From assembly GCA_001724265.1 (NCBI GenBank), contig MEDY01000659.1, forward strand, positions 1 through 64,000: a DNA stretch of 64,000 bases. The letters run 5' to 3'. The translations under genes and the position numbers were made by a program. Position 1 is the stretch's first letter. Each line of letters starts with the position of its first letter. This document shows, piece by piece, positions 9,660-21,035 of the stretch. The notes under the pieces are model-generated. The model ran no database searches. It was not told the DNA's origin and saw only the letters and a list, made by a program, of their open reading frames with translations. The stretch is from Rhizaria sp. SCN 62-66 (Eukaryota).

Positions 9660-12600
9660 TCAGTCCAGATCTCTGTCCTGGTCCATGTCGCGGTCCTCCG
9701 AGTCAGCGAGCACGATGCTGCGGGAGCCTGGTGCTCCAGACGCGGGCGCGGCAGACACACGTGCACCGGGAGCGGGCGCGCCGGGCGCGGACGTGTTGCC
9801 TAGCGAGAGGAGCTGCTGCAAGGACGACCCAGCGCCGCGAGCCGGGCGGCCGCGGCCACGAGACGCGCGCGCGGCGGCAGCGGGAGAGCGTGGCACAGCA
9901 GCACTGGCGGCGGCGGGATCGGATAAGCTTGCTCCGTTGCTCTCCGTACCACTGTCAGGCAAGGAATAGGGGAGCTCAGGTGAACCGATTGAGCCCAAAA
10001 GGACGGCCTTGCGAGGGCGACCGCGCGGACGCTTAATCACCGGCACAACCATGATCTCCTCCTCCTCCTCTTCCTCATCTTGTTCCTGTTGAACGTCCTG
10101 CTTGACTTGCTCTTGCTCTTGCGCTTCTTCTTCCTCTCCCTCTTCCTCTTCTCCTTCTTCTTCAGAGCCGCTTTCTGCGTCAGAGATCGTGATTGCGTCG
10201 CTGACGCTCCCACTCTCCGCGCGAGCGCGGCTCTGAATCTCGTTGTCGCTCTCATCAGCCGCGTCGAACTCCTGATCGCTAGCACGCTCGCCGCCGTCGC
10301 CGTCGCCGTCGTCCTCGTCTTCGTCCTCGTCGCGAGACACGGTGTTCTGGTCGTAGTCCATGACCACGGCGCCCTGGGCAACGAGGCGCGCGACCTTAGC
10401 CTTAGAGACGTACTTGCCCGTCGGGAGCTTGTGCCTACTGCCCGGGAACCTCCGGATGATAAACGGGGATTCTGATGACTTGTCATCGTCGCTAGAACGC
10501 TCGTCATCGCTTCCAGAAGCCTCAGTGCGGCTCGTAGTCCCATCGGCCTCGTTGTCGTCGTTGTCATGGCCGTCGTCGCCGTCGTCATTGTCACCGCGTT
10601 GGCGTGCGAAGCCCCCACGTCCGCGGCTACGTCCGCGGCCACGTCCGCGCCCGCGGCCGCCGCGACCGCCGCGGCCACCACGACTACCGCGACCGCGGCC
10701 GCGACCGCCGCGGCCTCGCGTGGTGCCAGCATCAGCATCAGCGTCAGCGTCAACGTCAGTGTCGGCGTCAGTGTCGGCGTTAGTGTCGGCGTCAGCGATC
10801 TCACGGTCGCCATCACCCGTGTCGGCGCCATCAGCCATCGCCGCCTCATCAGGCGAAGCGTGCAGCTTGCGGAATTGCCATCCTCGGCCCCGGGCGCGGC
10901 CGCGGCCGCGGGGATAGCCTGAGCGTCCGTCGCGGCCGCCGGCGCCCGCGGCCGCCGTGACGGAGTCGACTTCGACGGCGTCGGCATCGACATCATCCGA
11001 CGCGTTGATGGGGTTGATGTACGCGCGGTTGCGGCGCGCGGCGATCATCCGCGCGCGCGCAAGCACCGAGGTGGGCGCGACGGGGAAGTAGAACGGCGGG
11101 ATGCGTGCGTACAGCGAGCCTAGTCCGGGCTCTGCCGGTAAGAGTGTCATGAGCCGCTGCCGCTCATACTTGCTCTCGGCTCCCGCAACGGGCGTGCCTG
11201 CCTGCGCCTCGGTCTCCATCGCGGCCATGCAGCGACGTGCAAACGACGCCTTCTCGCGCACCACGGCTGCGCGCGCGCGCCGCACCAGCGCTGTGACGCA
11301 CCCGCTCACCGCTGTGGGCTCTGCGGCGCTCAGCGCGGCCAGCGCCTGCGACGGCAGCGGGGCAGCAGCAGCAGCAGTGGCGGTGGCGGCGGCGGCGGAT
11401 GCCACGCTCTTCAACGAGGAGGAGGAAGATGGCTTGTGCGCGTCGACGAACTGCGCGGTGACGCACGGCGTCACGGCAATCACGCTCTCCTGAGCCACGA
11501 CAAAGTGCGCGAACGCAGCGTGCGTGCCAACGGCGGTGGCGACCTTGCCCGCGGCGTCGGCCGAGGCAACGGCCGCGGGCAGTGTGGCCGTGTGCGTGAT
11601 TATGCCGGCGTCGAGCAGTGACTCCGCCTGCGCGGCCGCGGCGGCGGAGGCGGCGAGACGGGCGGGCGCGCTGTACTGGGCGCCCCACGTGCGGTGCGCG
11701 CCCGAGCGGCACGGGCAGTCGGGGAAGTGGGGCACTGCAGACTCGACGCCCTCATTGCGGCCGGGCTCGCCGTCCTGCAGAAAACGCGCGCTTGTGGACG
11801 AGAGCGTGTTGTGCGTCGCGTTCGCGCTCGCAGTCGCAGTCGCGTCGCGCAGGTTCTGGGAGATCTGGCGTGCGAGCTTCTCATCCTCGTCGTCCTCTTC
11901 GGTCTTGGTGTCGTTGTCACTGTGGCCGTGGCGGCGCTGCCAGAGACTGGGCCCCGCTGCGGCGAGACGCGCGCCCTCGCTCGTGCTGGCGGCCACCACG
12001 CGCGGTCTCAACTTGGTCATGGTGACCATGAAACCTTCGTCACCGCGCTCCAGCGGCGGCAGACACGAGCAGTCACACGAACAGTCGCCGGAGCCGCTCA
12101 CCAGGCCCTCAGGGCTGCTGGCGTCGCCGTCAGCGTACGGCGGCGCGGGCGACTCCGGAAAACGGCGCTTGCGCAGCTTGGCGTGCGCGGGACAGCACGC
12201 CGTGGGAACGACGGCGAAAAGAGGGCGCAGACGCGCGTCGTGCGGGCCGTCGAGATCACTGTGCAGACACAGCACGCGGGGGAACGCACCGCGCTGCTCC
12301 CGAGTCACACTGACCGTATCAGTCAAAATGTCATCAGCAGAGGGCCCGTTGGGACCCGTGCCGGTGCGTAAGACTTCCGCCAGCTTCGCCGTCGCGGCGT
12401 ACGCCTCCGCGCTACCTTCGAACCGGCCCCAGAGACGGCCGTGCGCGCTGGCAGCCTCGCGCAGACGGCCGATCTCCTCGTACCGCGCGCGCTGCGCGGC
12501 CGTGAACAAGGGCGGGAACGCGGTGGCCTGGTACTCGGGCCCGATCAGCGGCGCAGACGCGCCGTCGTGCCGCTTCGGCGGCGGGCCGTAGCGCCGCGAG

Positions 12601-15600
12601 TGCTGCTCCAGCCGCCGCAGCAGCGCCTCGTGCGCGGCCGCCTTGAGTGCCGCAGACCGCAGCGCGGACGGGTCGCTGGCGGACGCCGAGGCAGGCAGCG
12701 CGGGCGCGGCGTCGGTCGGCGAGCGGCCGCTCGGCAGCCGCGCGCCGCCGCTGAACTCGGCGGAGGAGCCCGCCTCTGAGGACGGCGCGCGGTGAGTCTG
12801 CGCATCGGACTCGCCGCGGTTCGTGAGCCAGCGGCCTGACGCGCGCTTGACGGTGCGTGCGCCGCGGGTGTCAGCACTGCCGTCGTCGTCGCCCTCAGAG
12901 TCCACGTCACGGTCGCGGTCGCCGTCGTCGTCGTCGTCGTCCTCGGCGGGAGCAGGCGACTGAGCGCGCGTCTGCGCAGCCGACGTCTCGGCCGAAGCGG
13001 CGGCGGTGGCGGCCTCGTGCTGTTCCTCGATGCCCGTGAGGCGCGTTTTGCGGACAAGCCCTTCCTGGAGGCGGCGCTTGCGGTCTTCCTTGTGCGCCAA
13101 CAAACGCTCGCGCTCCACAGCGCGCGCAATGCCCTGGGGAACGCGCATTAGCGCAGAGTTGGCGCGCGAGATAAGCTCCTCCAGCGTCGGCACGGTCGTC
13201 GGATGGTTGACAGATTGCAACGGCTTGCGCGGGGATGATGTGGCCGACTTGCGGTCTCTTTCGCGCTGTTTGCGACCACGGCGACGGCGACCATCGTCAT
13301 CGACTTCAATGTCATCGTCAGACTGGCCAGCGTTGTCGCTGTCGAAGTCGTCGACGTCATCCTCGTCATCGTCGTCGCCACCGGAGATACTGATCTGGTC
13401 CGCAGAGACGTCGCCGCCGCTATCGTCACCGCTCCCGTTGGCCATAGTTCCGAATGCGGCAAACGCGGACGCGGTGACGTAGTTCTCGGGAGCGTATCCG
13501 ACGAAGCTATCGAAGTCGGCATCCTGTGTCGACGGCGCCGGGCTAGACTCGGTACCGTCATCAAAGGGCATGGCAAAGAGCACCGCCGACTGTTCGGGAG
13601 ATATGGACGTCGCATATGTGCGCAGAAAGACACCGAGCTCGTTCATCGAAAACGTCACGTGTTCGGTGAGCTTTGTGTAGAGTTGGGGTGACGCACGCAG
13701 TGTATCACGGCGCCAGATGTTGATGCTGCTGGTGGGCATAAAAGCTTGGTAGCGTGACTGGAACCACGTGCGCAGCTTGTAGATCATCATCTTGGACAAG
13801 TGTTGAGCTGTGAGATGATCCTTCGTCTTCTCATCGACGTACGGCGGAGGTGGCATCACGGGCGGGCGCGGTGCAAGAGGGCGCAAGCGCACGACCGAAA
13901 GCGCGGGAACATCGATGTTCATAGGAAGATATTCCAGCAGCTCCAGGCGCGAGAGTAGCATCAAAAGGGTGCCCAGAATCACGGCCAGATGCAGGCGCTG
14001 GTTCGCGCATGCTTCCCAGCGCAATGCGGGCGACATTTCAGCAAAACGGCGTCTCGGCGAGTTCTCCAGAAACATGGTCTGTTGCTGCACTGCCATCGTG
14101 GCCACAGCCTGCTTCAGTGCTTCAAAACACTGGATCATCGGCTGCGCCTGCGCGTGGGCCATCGGTGCAGCCGCAGTATAAAACCGGTGCATCACCGACA
14201 GTCCCGACAAGCCACGCAGACGCGGCACAACGTCCAGCTCGCTCTCCGGACGGAAGATACGCTCCAGCAGCGGCAGCACGCGTGTGTCTGACATTGCGGT
14301 GAAGGCCTGCACCGAAATCACGCCCAGCGGCCCCGGGAACGACGTCAGCGTCCGCAGTCGGTACTGCACAAAGCATTCCGGCGCGCCGACGCTCGAGACA
14401 CTCACGCCCCAAATCGACGGCTTGGTGTCGGCGGTGGACTGAGGCGAGTCTTCGGTGGCACCGCGCCCCAGCGCGCCGCCGCGGCCGCCGCGGCCGCCGC
14501 CACGGGCGCCCCCGCGCGCTGCGCCGCCGCGGCCGCCACCACGGCCGCCGCGGCCGCCGCGGCCCGCGTCGGCCTGAACAGGCAGCTGCCGCAGCTGCAT
14601 CTGCTGAAGGGCCTGCTGTTGCTGGAGACTGAGAATGTGTTGCTGTGATTGGTGTTGCTGTTGAAGATGATGCATATGTTGCAGTTGCTGTTGGTGCTGC
14701 AAGTCCAGCTGGTGTTGCTGTTGCTGCTGCTGCTGTTGATGCTGAAAAGTCATCAAAGTGGGATTGGCAGCGTAGCTCATTATCTGCTGCTGCTGTTGCT
14801 GTTGCTGTGCTACATACGAGTCATACGCCGCGCCGTACTGCGCAGTCGCCGGCGCAGCATATGCATTCCCGCCAAGAGCGCCCAGCGTGCTGCCCTGCAG
14901 CAAGGCTGCCACGGGGTCGTAGCCTGCCGCGGTGTCCGTCGGCGGGTACGCGCTCATCGCGGGGGCTTGGAGTCCCTGTGCAGACAGCAAAGCGCGCAGC
15001 TGCGCCTGGGCCTCGGATTGCGCAGGTGACTGGGAATGGGCGGCAGTGCTCTGCGACTGAGGGTACTGTGACTGTTGTCGCGCCTGTGCCTGGGTGTACG
15101 CGTACTGCTGTTGTTGCTGTTGCTGCAGCTGCTGTTGTTGCTGCGCTTGTGCATACGCGTACTGCCGCTGCTGTTGCTGCAACTGCTGCTGTTGCTGCGC
15201 ATAAGCGTACTGCTGTTGCTGCTGTGCTTGTGCATACGCGTACTGTTGCTGCTGCTGTTGTTGCTGCTGCATATGTTGTTGGTATTGCTGCTGCGCTTGT
15301 TGCTGCGCGTGCGTGTGAGCATAGTCACTGGTACTCACACCACCGGTCGACATGAGCGCGTTCTGATCCTGGGCCTGGCTCTCGTGGCCTTGCCCAGCGT
15401 TGGGATTCCGGCGGAGCACCGGGGTGTAAATCCCCATTGAGCGTAGCTGGGAAACAAGGAATAAATAGGCTTCGTCCTCCTTCCCCTGCTCCAGCAACGA
15501 ATCATGATACTGTCGCGCGGCGCGTCCGTGCGGAATCAGCGGCAACGCTTCCTCGTACGACACCACCGTGTAGGCTGCTCCCGGCTGTGGCTGCGGCGGC

Positions 15601-16250
15601 GGCTGCGGCTGTGGCGGTTGTTGCGGCTGAGGTTGATAAGCTGCACGCCTCTGCTGGGTGATGCGTGCTGTAAGACGGCGCATCACGTCAACAAGCGACT
15701 CTTCGCGCGCGGGCGAGGCAACATCCATATCCGCGTCCGGTGATGCCGACGAAGAAGACGAAAGAGTCAGAGCTGACACAGACGGAGCCGCACCGGTGTC
15801 ATCGATGGGGCAGTCCGGTGCATGTACATACGCCGGCGCGTACGTATGCGCGGCAGGGGCTGATGCATACGCCGGCGCATGGGCATGTTGGGCGTGCGTC
15901 TGGGGCTCTGCGGGAGCTGTGGGGCGCCTAAATTGTTTGTTTTGCATAATGGTGAGCAAAGACTTGAGTTTATCGATGCGGTCGAAGTCACCGTTCCTTG
16001 CTGGTGCCGGGTTCCCCGCCATACCAAACGCGCCAAGCGCGGGGGCAGTAGCGGGCGCCATTGTGTTCAGCGCGGTTCGATTCTCGGCCGCTCCAGGATG
16101 GGCAAAAGCGCCAGAGTAATTGGGGATTGATGTGCTGACGGGGGCAGCGTGGATATTCTCGATTGAGTACTGAGCTTGTGTGGGGGCATTGGGGTTCTGT
16201 ACTATATACGAAGCAGGTGCCGCAGAGTGCTGGTACGAGCCATCATTCAT
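9660..16250 (-). CDS. Large low-complexity, probably nuclear protein (polyQ, RGG boxes, ELM2-like motif, AT-hook)
   Basis: 2196-aa uninterrupted ORF with QQQYAYAQ repeats, GRGGRGG tracts, IGPEYQA, KRPRGRPRK and acidic tracts. Stop TGA. Confidence 0.8.
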   Translation of the reverse strand: MNDGSYQHSAAPASYIVQNPNAPTQAQYSIENIHAAPVSTSIPNYSGAFAHPGAAENRTALNTMAPATAPALGAFGMAGNPAPARNGDFDRIDKLKSLLTIMQNKQFRRPTAPAEPQTHAQHAHAPAYASAPAAHTYAPAYVHAPDCPIDDTGAAPSVSALTLSSSSSASPDADMDVASPAREESLVDVMRRLTARITQQRRAAYQPQPQQPPQPQPPPQPQPGAAYTVVSYEEALPLIPHGRAARQYHDSLLEQGKEDEAYLFLVSQLRSMGIYTPVLRRNPNAGQGHESQAQDQNALMSTGGVSTSDYAHTHAQQQAQQQYQQHMQQQQQQQQQYAYAQAQQQQQYAYAQQQQQLQQQQRQYAYAQAQQQQQLQQQQQQQYAYTQAQARQQSQYPQSQSTAAHSQSPAQSEAQAQLRALLSAQGLQAPAMSAYPPTDTAAGYDPVAALLQGSTLGALGGNAYAAPATAQYGAAYDSYVAQQQQQQQQIMSYAANPTLMTFQHQQQQQQQQHQLDLQHQQQLQHMHHLQQQHQSQQHILSLQQQQALQQMQLRQLPVQADAGRGGRGGRGGGRGGAARGGARGGGRGGRGGALGRGATEDSPQSTADTKPSIWGVSVSSVGAPECFVQYRLRTLTSFPGPLGVISVQAFTAMSDTRVLPLLERIFRPESELDVVPRLRGLSGLSVMHRFYTAAAPMAHAQAQPMIQCFEALKQAVATMAVQQQTMFLENSPRRRFAEMSPALRWEACANQRLHLAVILGTLLMLLSRLELLEYLPMNIDVPALSVVRLRPLAPRPPVMPPPPYVDEKTKDHLTAQHLSKMMIYKLRTWFQSRYQAFMPTSSINIWRRDTLRASPQLYTKLTEHVTFSMNELGVFLRTYATSISPEQSAVLFAMPFDDGTESSPAPSTQDADFDSFVGYAPENYVTASAFAAFGTMANGSGDDSGGDVSADQISISGGDDDDEDDVDDFDSDNAGQSDDDIEVDDDGRRRRGRKQRERDRKSATSSPRKPLQSVNHPTTVPTLEELISRANSALMRVPQGIARAVERERLLAHKEDRKRRLQEGLVRKTRLTGIEEQHEAATAAASAETSAAQTRAQSPAPAEDDDDDDGDRDRDVDSEGDDDGSADTRGARTVKRASGRWLTNRGESDAQTHRAPSSEAGSSAEFSGGARLPSGRSPTDAAPALPASASASDPSALRSAALKAAAHEALLRRLEQHSRRYGPPPKRHDGASAPLIGPEYQATAFPPLFTAAQRARYEEIGRLREAASAHGRLWGRFEGSAEAYAATAKLAEVLRTGTGPNGPSADDILTDTVSVTREQRGAFPRVLCLHSDLDGPHDARLRPLFAVVPTACCPAHAKLRKRRFPESPAPPYADGDASSPEGLVSGSGDCSCDCSCLPPLERGDEGFMVTMTKLRPRVVAASTSEGARLAAAGPSLWQRRHGHSDNDTKTEEDDEDEKLARQISQNLRDATATASANATHNTLSSTSARFLQDGEPGRNEGVESAVPHFPDCPCRSGAHRTWGAQYSAPARLAASAAAAAQAESLLDAGIITHTATLPAAVASADAAGKVATAVGTHAAFAHFVVAQESVIAVTPCVTAQFVDAHKPSSSSSLKSVASAAAATATAAAAAPLPSQALAALSAAEPTAVSGCVTALVRRARAAVVREKASFARRCMAAMETEAQAGTPVAGAESKYERQRLMTLLPAEPGLGSLYARIPPFYFPVAPTSVLARARMIAARRNRAYINPINASDDVDADAVEVDSVTAAAGAGGRDGRSGYPRGRGRARGRGWQFRKLHASPDEAAMADGADTGDGDREIADADTNADTDADTDVDADADADAGTTRGRGGRGRGRGSRGGRGGRGGRGRGRGRGRSRGRGGFARQRGDNDDGDDGHDNDDNEADGTTSRTEASGSDDERSSDDDKSSESPFIIRRFPGSRHKLPTGKYVSKAKVARLVAQGAVVMDYDQNTVSRDEDEDEDDGDGDGGERASDQEFDAADESDNEIQSRARAESGSVSDAITISDAESGSEEEGEEEEGEEEEAQEQEQVKQDVQQEQDEEEEEEEIMVVPVIKRPRGRPRKAVLLGSIGSPELPYSLPDSGTESNGASLSDPAAASAAVPRSPAAAARASRGRGRPARGAGSSLQQLLSLGNTSAPGAPAPGARVSAAPASGAPGSRSIVLADSEDRDMDQDRDLD

Positions 16251-17108
16251 TGGGGGCGCAGATGTGTGCGTCTGCGTGGTGTACGCTGCACCCGAATAAA
16301 ACTAAGATTGAGGTAGCTGTCCGCCACCAGGGTTTGGACGTGAAGAGTCCATTGTGAAAGAGGACGCAAGTCAAAAAAGAATTGCGTGCTGTTTACAGGT
16401 AGAAACATAAGAAAATAAACATATCCGTGTGAGTCAAATTATGCGACATTAAAATAATGCCGTGAGACGAATGATTAGGTAGGTGACGAGTGACTCTTCC
16501 TCCAACTAAAAGTCGTAGATTATTTCACTGCATGTACACATTATGCCGACTTCTGCTTCAAATGCTAAAAAATGATCAGATACAGTACATGCTGAAGTCT
16601 GTTGAACATTTAAGGAGCCAGTTAAACAAAATGCGATTGGCGCACGGTAGTTCTTCGAAAATGTGCAACTTAGACTATCAGCTCGCGCCCCCAAGCTCAG
16701 CAATCATCCACGTCGGCCTGCTCCGCAAACTGGAGAAAAGTCTTTCGCGGCAAAATAAACATTATTCTCTCTGAAACTCTGATATAATATACGAAACGCA
16801 ATGAATAAAAACATCTTGTGATTTTGTATATAGTAGAGTCGTTTTCAGCACTCAAAGGCAAAGCGCGAGATATCTAAGGGGGATGAGTCAGAAACCCTTT
16901 CAATTAACTTCGACGACATCTACCCTAAAATGCGCGCAATGAAGGCAAAGAATACTAAATATTCACAGGGTTCCGCAACTAAGTAACACAGGTAAAGCAA
17001 CTGGCAAAATTTAACGACAGCGCCACGCGGAAATATCATTCAAAGGGCGAGGTACTTACACTGGATGATGAAGCCTGCTCACGGTCATCATGGTCATTCC
17101 ATGCTCTA

Positions 17109-20100
17109 TTAGAGCTCGAGGTCAAGCTCCATGTCCAGATCCAAGTCGTCGAGCTCGTTGGCTTTGCTCTCCACAGCAATAGCTGGGGGTTTTGCGGATA
17201 CGATGGACGATGAACCAGAGGGAGGAGGCGAGGCAGAAACGAGGATAGAAGTTAAGGCGGTGGAAGTTAAGCCGCCGTGAGATTGCGCGACTTGAACGCC
17301 AAAAGATAGTGGTCGTTGGATGTGGGCCATTCCTGAATTATTATTCTCTTTACCAAGCTGGTGAGAATTAAAATTCTCCTTCTGACTCGGAAGTTTCGGG
17401 CTTTGGCTCCCGTCTGAATTTGGACGGTCCCCACCGAGGGCCCCTCTGAGCAACGACCCGTTGCCTTGCAACTCGTGACGGTGCGCTGAGGACGATGGTG
17501 ATAATGTTGATGTCATCGCACTAGGTAAATCATCAAGTTCCAACGGACCTGCTCCCCCGAGACCGAGCCCGAGCCCGAGCCAGGACCCAGTCCCGCTGGC
17601 TCGCGACTGGGACCATGCAGAGGCAGCCGGAGCAAAGGGGGAAAGCGGCCTCGCAATCGCCCCCGGGGACTGCGCCCGCGTCACGCCCCTCGGTGACTGA
17701 GACCGCGCCTGATGCGGAGGAATCGGTGGGGGCGACTGTGCGCGCACGGGCGGCAACCGGTGCACAGTACGCACGGCATCGGGCAGCGGGGCCTTACGAG
17801 GCGTGTACACAGGCTGTTGTGCAGCCATCGCACTCGCACTCGCACTGAGAGTCGCAGATGACGCAGTGCCGCGGCGACCATGTTGTGGGGCTGTGGAGGG
17901 CGCACGCAGAGGCGATATAGAACGAGTAAGTGGCGCTAGAGACTGCGATGAGGCAGCCCTTGTCGGGCTCTGGATCGCAGATACCTGCGGCTGTTGTTGC
18001 TGTTGTTGTTGTCCGGTAGCGAACGCGGCGGCCTGAGAGCGTTCCGCAGAAGCAACGGCGGCGGATGCCGCTGCGGCGAGCGCGGTGGTGAGCTTGAGAG
18101 CCTGCTCCTGGTACCGCGCACGCAGGTCATCGAGCTGGGCACCGCGCTGCTCCAGCTCCTCCGCCAGCCCCTGAGCGCGGCCGCCGGCCTCGCGCGCGCG
18201 CCCGGCCTCTGCCTCGGCCCGCGCCGCCGCGCGCTGCAGTCGCGCCACGGTCTCCCGCAGCCCGCGCGCGACTTCATCCTGCTCGCGCGCCTCGGCTTCT
18301 GACCGCTCGAGGGCGGCCCGGGTCTGCGCCAGAGCGGCCTCGAGCTCCGCCGCCCGCGCGCGCTCGCGCTCCGGCGGCGCGGACCACGCCTGTCGCAACG
18401 TCAACCCGTGCACGAAGAGTCGCGAAGACGGAGAGGGAGCCCACGCCGGCCTCGTCGCGCTCCGCCAGCAGAGTCTGGAGCTGCGCGATAGTCTCCGTCC
18501 TCGCTTCGAGCTCCACGTCAGCTCGCGCCAGCGCACTCAACAGCTCCGCAGGGTCCTCCGAGGCCGCTGTGGAAGCGCCGTCGCGGGAAGCGCGCGCGGA
18601 AAGAAAGGCGCCGAGTCCGCCGCGAGCGACGGTCTTGAGGGTCTCGTTCTCCCGGCGGAGGAAATCGAGTTCGCGCTGGAAAGCCTCACGCTCCTTTCGC
18701 ACGGCCGACACAGGCACCAGCTCGGCCCCATCGTCGTAGCCCTCCGCGGTGTTGTCCTCACCGTCTTCACCGTCGCCGCCGGCAGCGTCCGCAGCGGCGT
18801 CGCCTGCGAGGAGACGGCGGCGGCGGCGACGCTCGTGGCGGGCCGCCCGTAGCCGCTGCATCACGTCATCGAGCCTCCGCGCCACGCCTTCGGCCGCCGC
18901 GCCCGCCACCGCAGAGCCGTTCTCGCTCGCCCCCACTGCGCCAACGCCGCGGTGGAGACTGCTACTGAGCGCGGTCGCGTCGAAGCGGAGCACGGGCTCG
19001 AGCTTGAGGCGCAAGACGCGGACCTCCTGCATCAGCGCCTCTTCCCCCGCCGCAGCCTCGGCGGCGCGGGCGTGCTCTTCGGCCAGCTGCGCGCGCGCGT
19101 CGGCCGCGTCGGCCTCGGCGGCGGCGCGCGCGGCCTCGGCGGCCTTGAGCTGCTGCGACTGACCCAGGGCGGCCCGGAGCACTGACTGATAGGAGGCCAG
19201 AGTCGCGTCGCGGGCCTGCACTGTGGCCTCCAGGGCCACGATCTGGTCCTGGAGCTCGGAGCAACGGAAACTCAGCTCCATGATCGCGGTCGGACCACGC
19301 GACTGTGTGTGATGCGAGTACAATGCGCAATACACGGGAAAATAAAACATAGCAAGCAAGAGAAGTCAAGGAAAACAATGGAGGACTGTGAGCTACGAAG
19401 TTGATATAAAACTACTGCAATGGAAGGATAAAACGATTTCGATAAAATCTTAAAATGAATACGTTGACAGTAAAACACACGATTGAAACGTACAGGGTCC
19501 GAGCGCGGGTCCGTTTGCGCCGCAGCGGCGATGCCCGCGGCGACCGCAGCCGCTGGGTCATTCCGCGCAACGCGTAGCTCCTGCTTGAGCTTGCGATTGG
19601 CGCCCTTGAGCTGCTCCAACTCAGCCTCGAGCCGGTCTACGTTAACCTGTGGCAGAAGGGGGAACTCAAGCACGCGCTCGCCGAACTGCGCCAACTCCTG
19701 CCTGCTCATGCCGAGATCCAGCAGCTTCTCCTTGAGCGCAGCCAGCAGCGTTTTCTGCTCTGCGACTTGCACTCGCAGCGCCTTGATCGTCCGCACACGC
19801 ACGTTGTCCTTGGCTTCGACAGCGGCGCGCACGAGCTCCTGCTTCAGCTCATCGTTAGCGCGGAGCAGCGCCTTGACCTTGGCGCCGTGGGTACGCTTGT
19901 ACTCGGCCAGCTCGGACACGGCGGCGACGGCGATGGACGCGGCGCGTTGGGCTGTGGCAGAGGCGGCGGCGGTGCTAGATGCCGCAGCAGCGGCCGCAGC
20001 GGCAGCCGCGGCGTCGCTGACGCCCGCACGCGCACTCGCGCTGACGCTGGCGCCGGTGATCGACGGATCGTCCTCCCAGGCTGTCGCAGCACTGTACCCA

Positions 20101-21035
20101 CCAGTCGTCCTACTGCTATTGCTGTGATTGTTGCTATTGCTAAAGGTTGGGGCTGCGCGGGTACCGTGCTCGCGGCGCACAGGCGCAAAGTGCGCTGCCG
20201 AGGCTGTAGTTGTTGCAGCGGGCGGTGGGTGTTTGCGCTGGCCGGCGCTGTTTATCCTCAGTCCGGCCAAGGCTGCAGACGCAGCGGGAGCAGCGGATAC
20301 GGCGGGCACAGGCGCAGGCGCAGGCGGAAGCGCAGGCGCGGTTAAGCCAGATTGAACAGCAGAGGCGAGGCGGGGCGGGCGGCCAGCTGTGGGGTTGGTA
20401 GAGGAGGCAGCGGGAGGCGAGAACGCAGACGCAGGCCTCTGTGATGCTGACCACGTCGACGCCGCTGAAGATGACGAGGTTGAAGGGGCGAGTGTGTGTG
20501 TAACGCCTGCGCGGGGCTTGGGGGGGCCGTGGGCTGCAAGTGAGGAATGCGCCAGCATCGGCGGCGGCGGCGCGGAGACTGCGGCCAAGAGGTCGTCGAG
20601 GTATGACACACTACTCCTCCCACCAACAGCAGCATTAGACGCTCCAGCACCAGCTCCCGCAGGACCGACAAGAGCCTCGGCGCCAGCTTCGGCGCTCGGA
20701 GCGGGCTGGTGCGCGATTTTACCTGGCAGGGCAAGGGGCGGCACCGCGGGGTGCGCGGACACAAGCGCAGCAAACGGTGCCGCGGCGCTGGAAGAGGAGG
20801 AAGCGGCGGAGGGCGGGCCGGCGAAAGAGAAGTCTGACGCCTGCGCTCGAGGCGGCGGCACAGCGGCCGCTGTGTGTGGTAAAGGCGGGCGGGCGCTGTA
20901 AGAAGACGGGAGCGTGTCTTGCAAGGAGGCCTGGGAAGGGTACTTCTGGGCGACGACTGACGCTTGCTTGGAGGCGGCTGTGGGGCCAGGGTCGAGCTCC
21001 AGCTCCAGGTCCATGTCCAAGTCCATATCGTCCAT
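17109..21035 (-). CDS. Uncharacterised coiled-coil protein, about 1226 aa; exons 21035-19494, 19302-18445, 18389-17109
   Basis: A phase-0 intron at 19493-19303 (GTACGT...ACACAG) joins two coiled-coil ORFs. The frame change near 18.4 kb needs either a 55-nt GT-AG intron (18444-18390) or a 1-nt indel. Stop TAA. Confidence 0.75.

Noticed and set aside
17106-17111. TAG directly after the TAA stop, as evidence that TAG is a backup stop
   Set aside because: A single instance in 3' sequence is uninformative.
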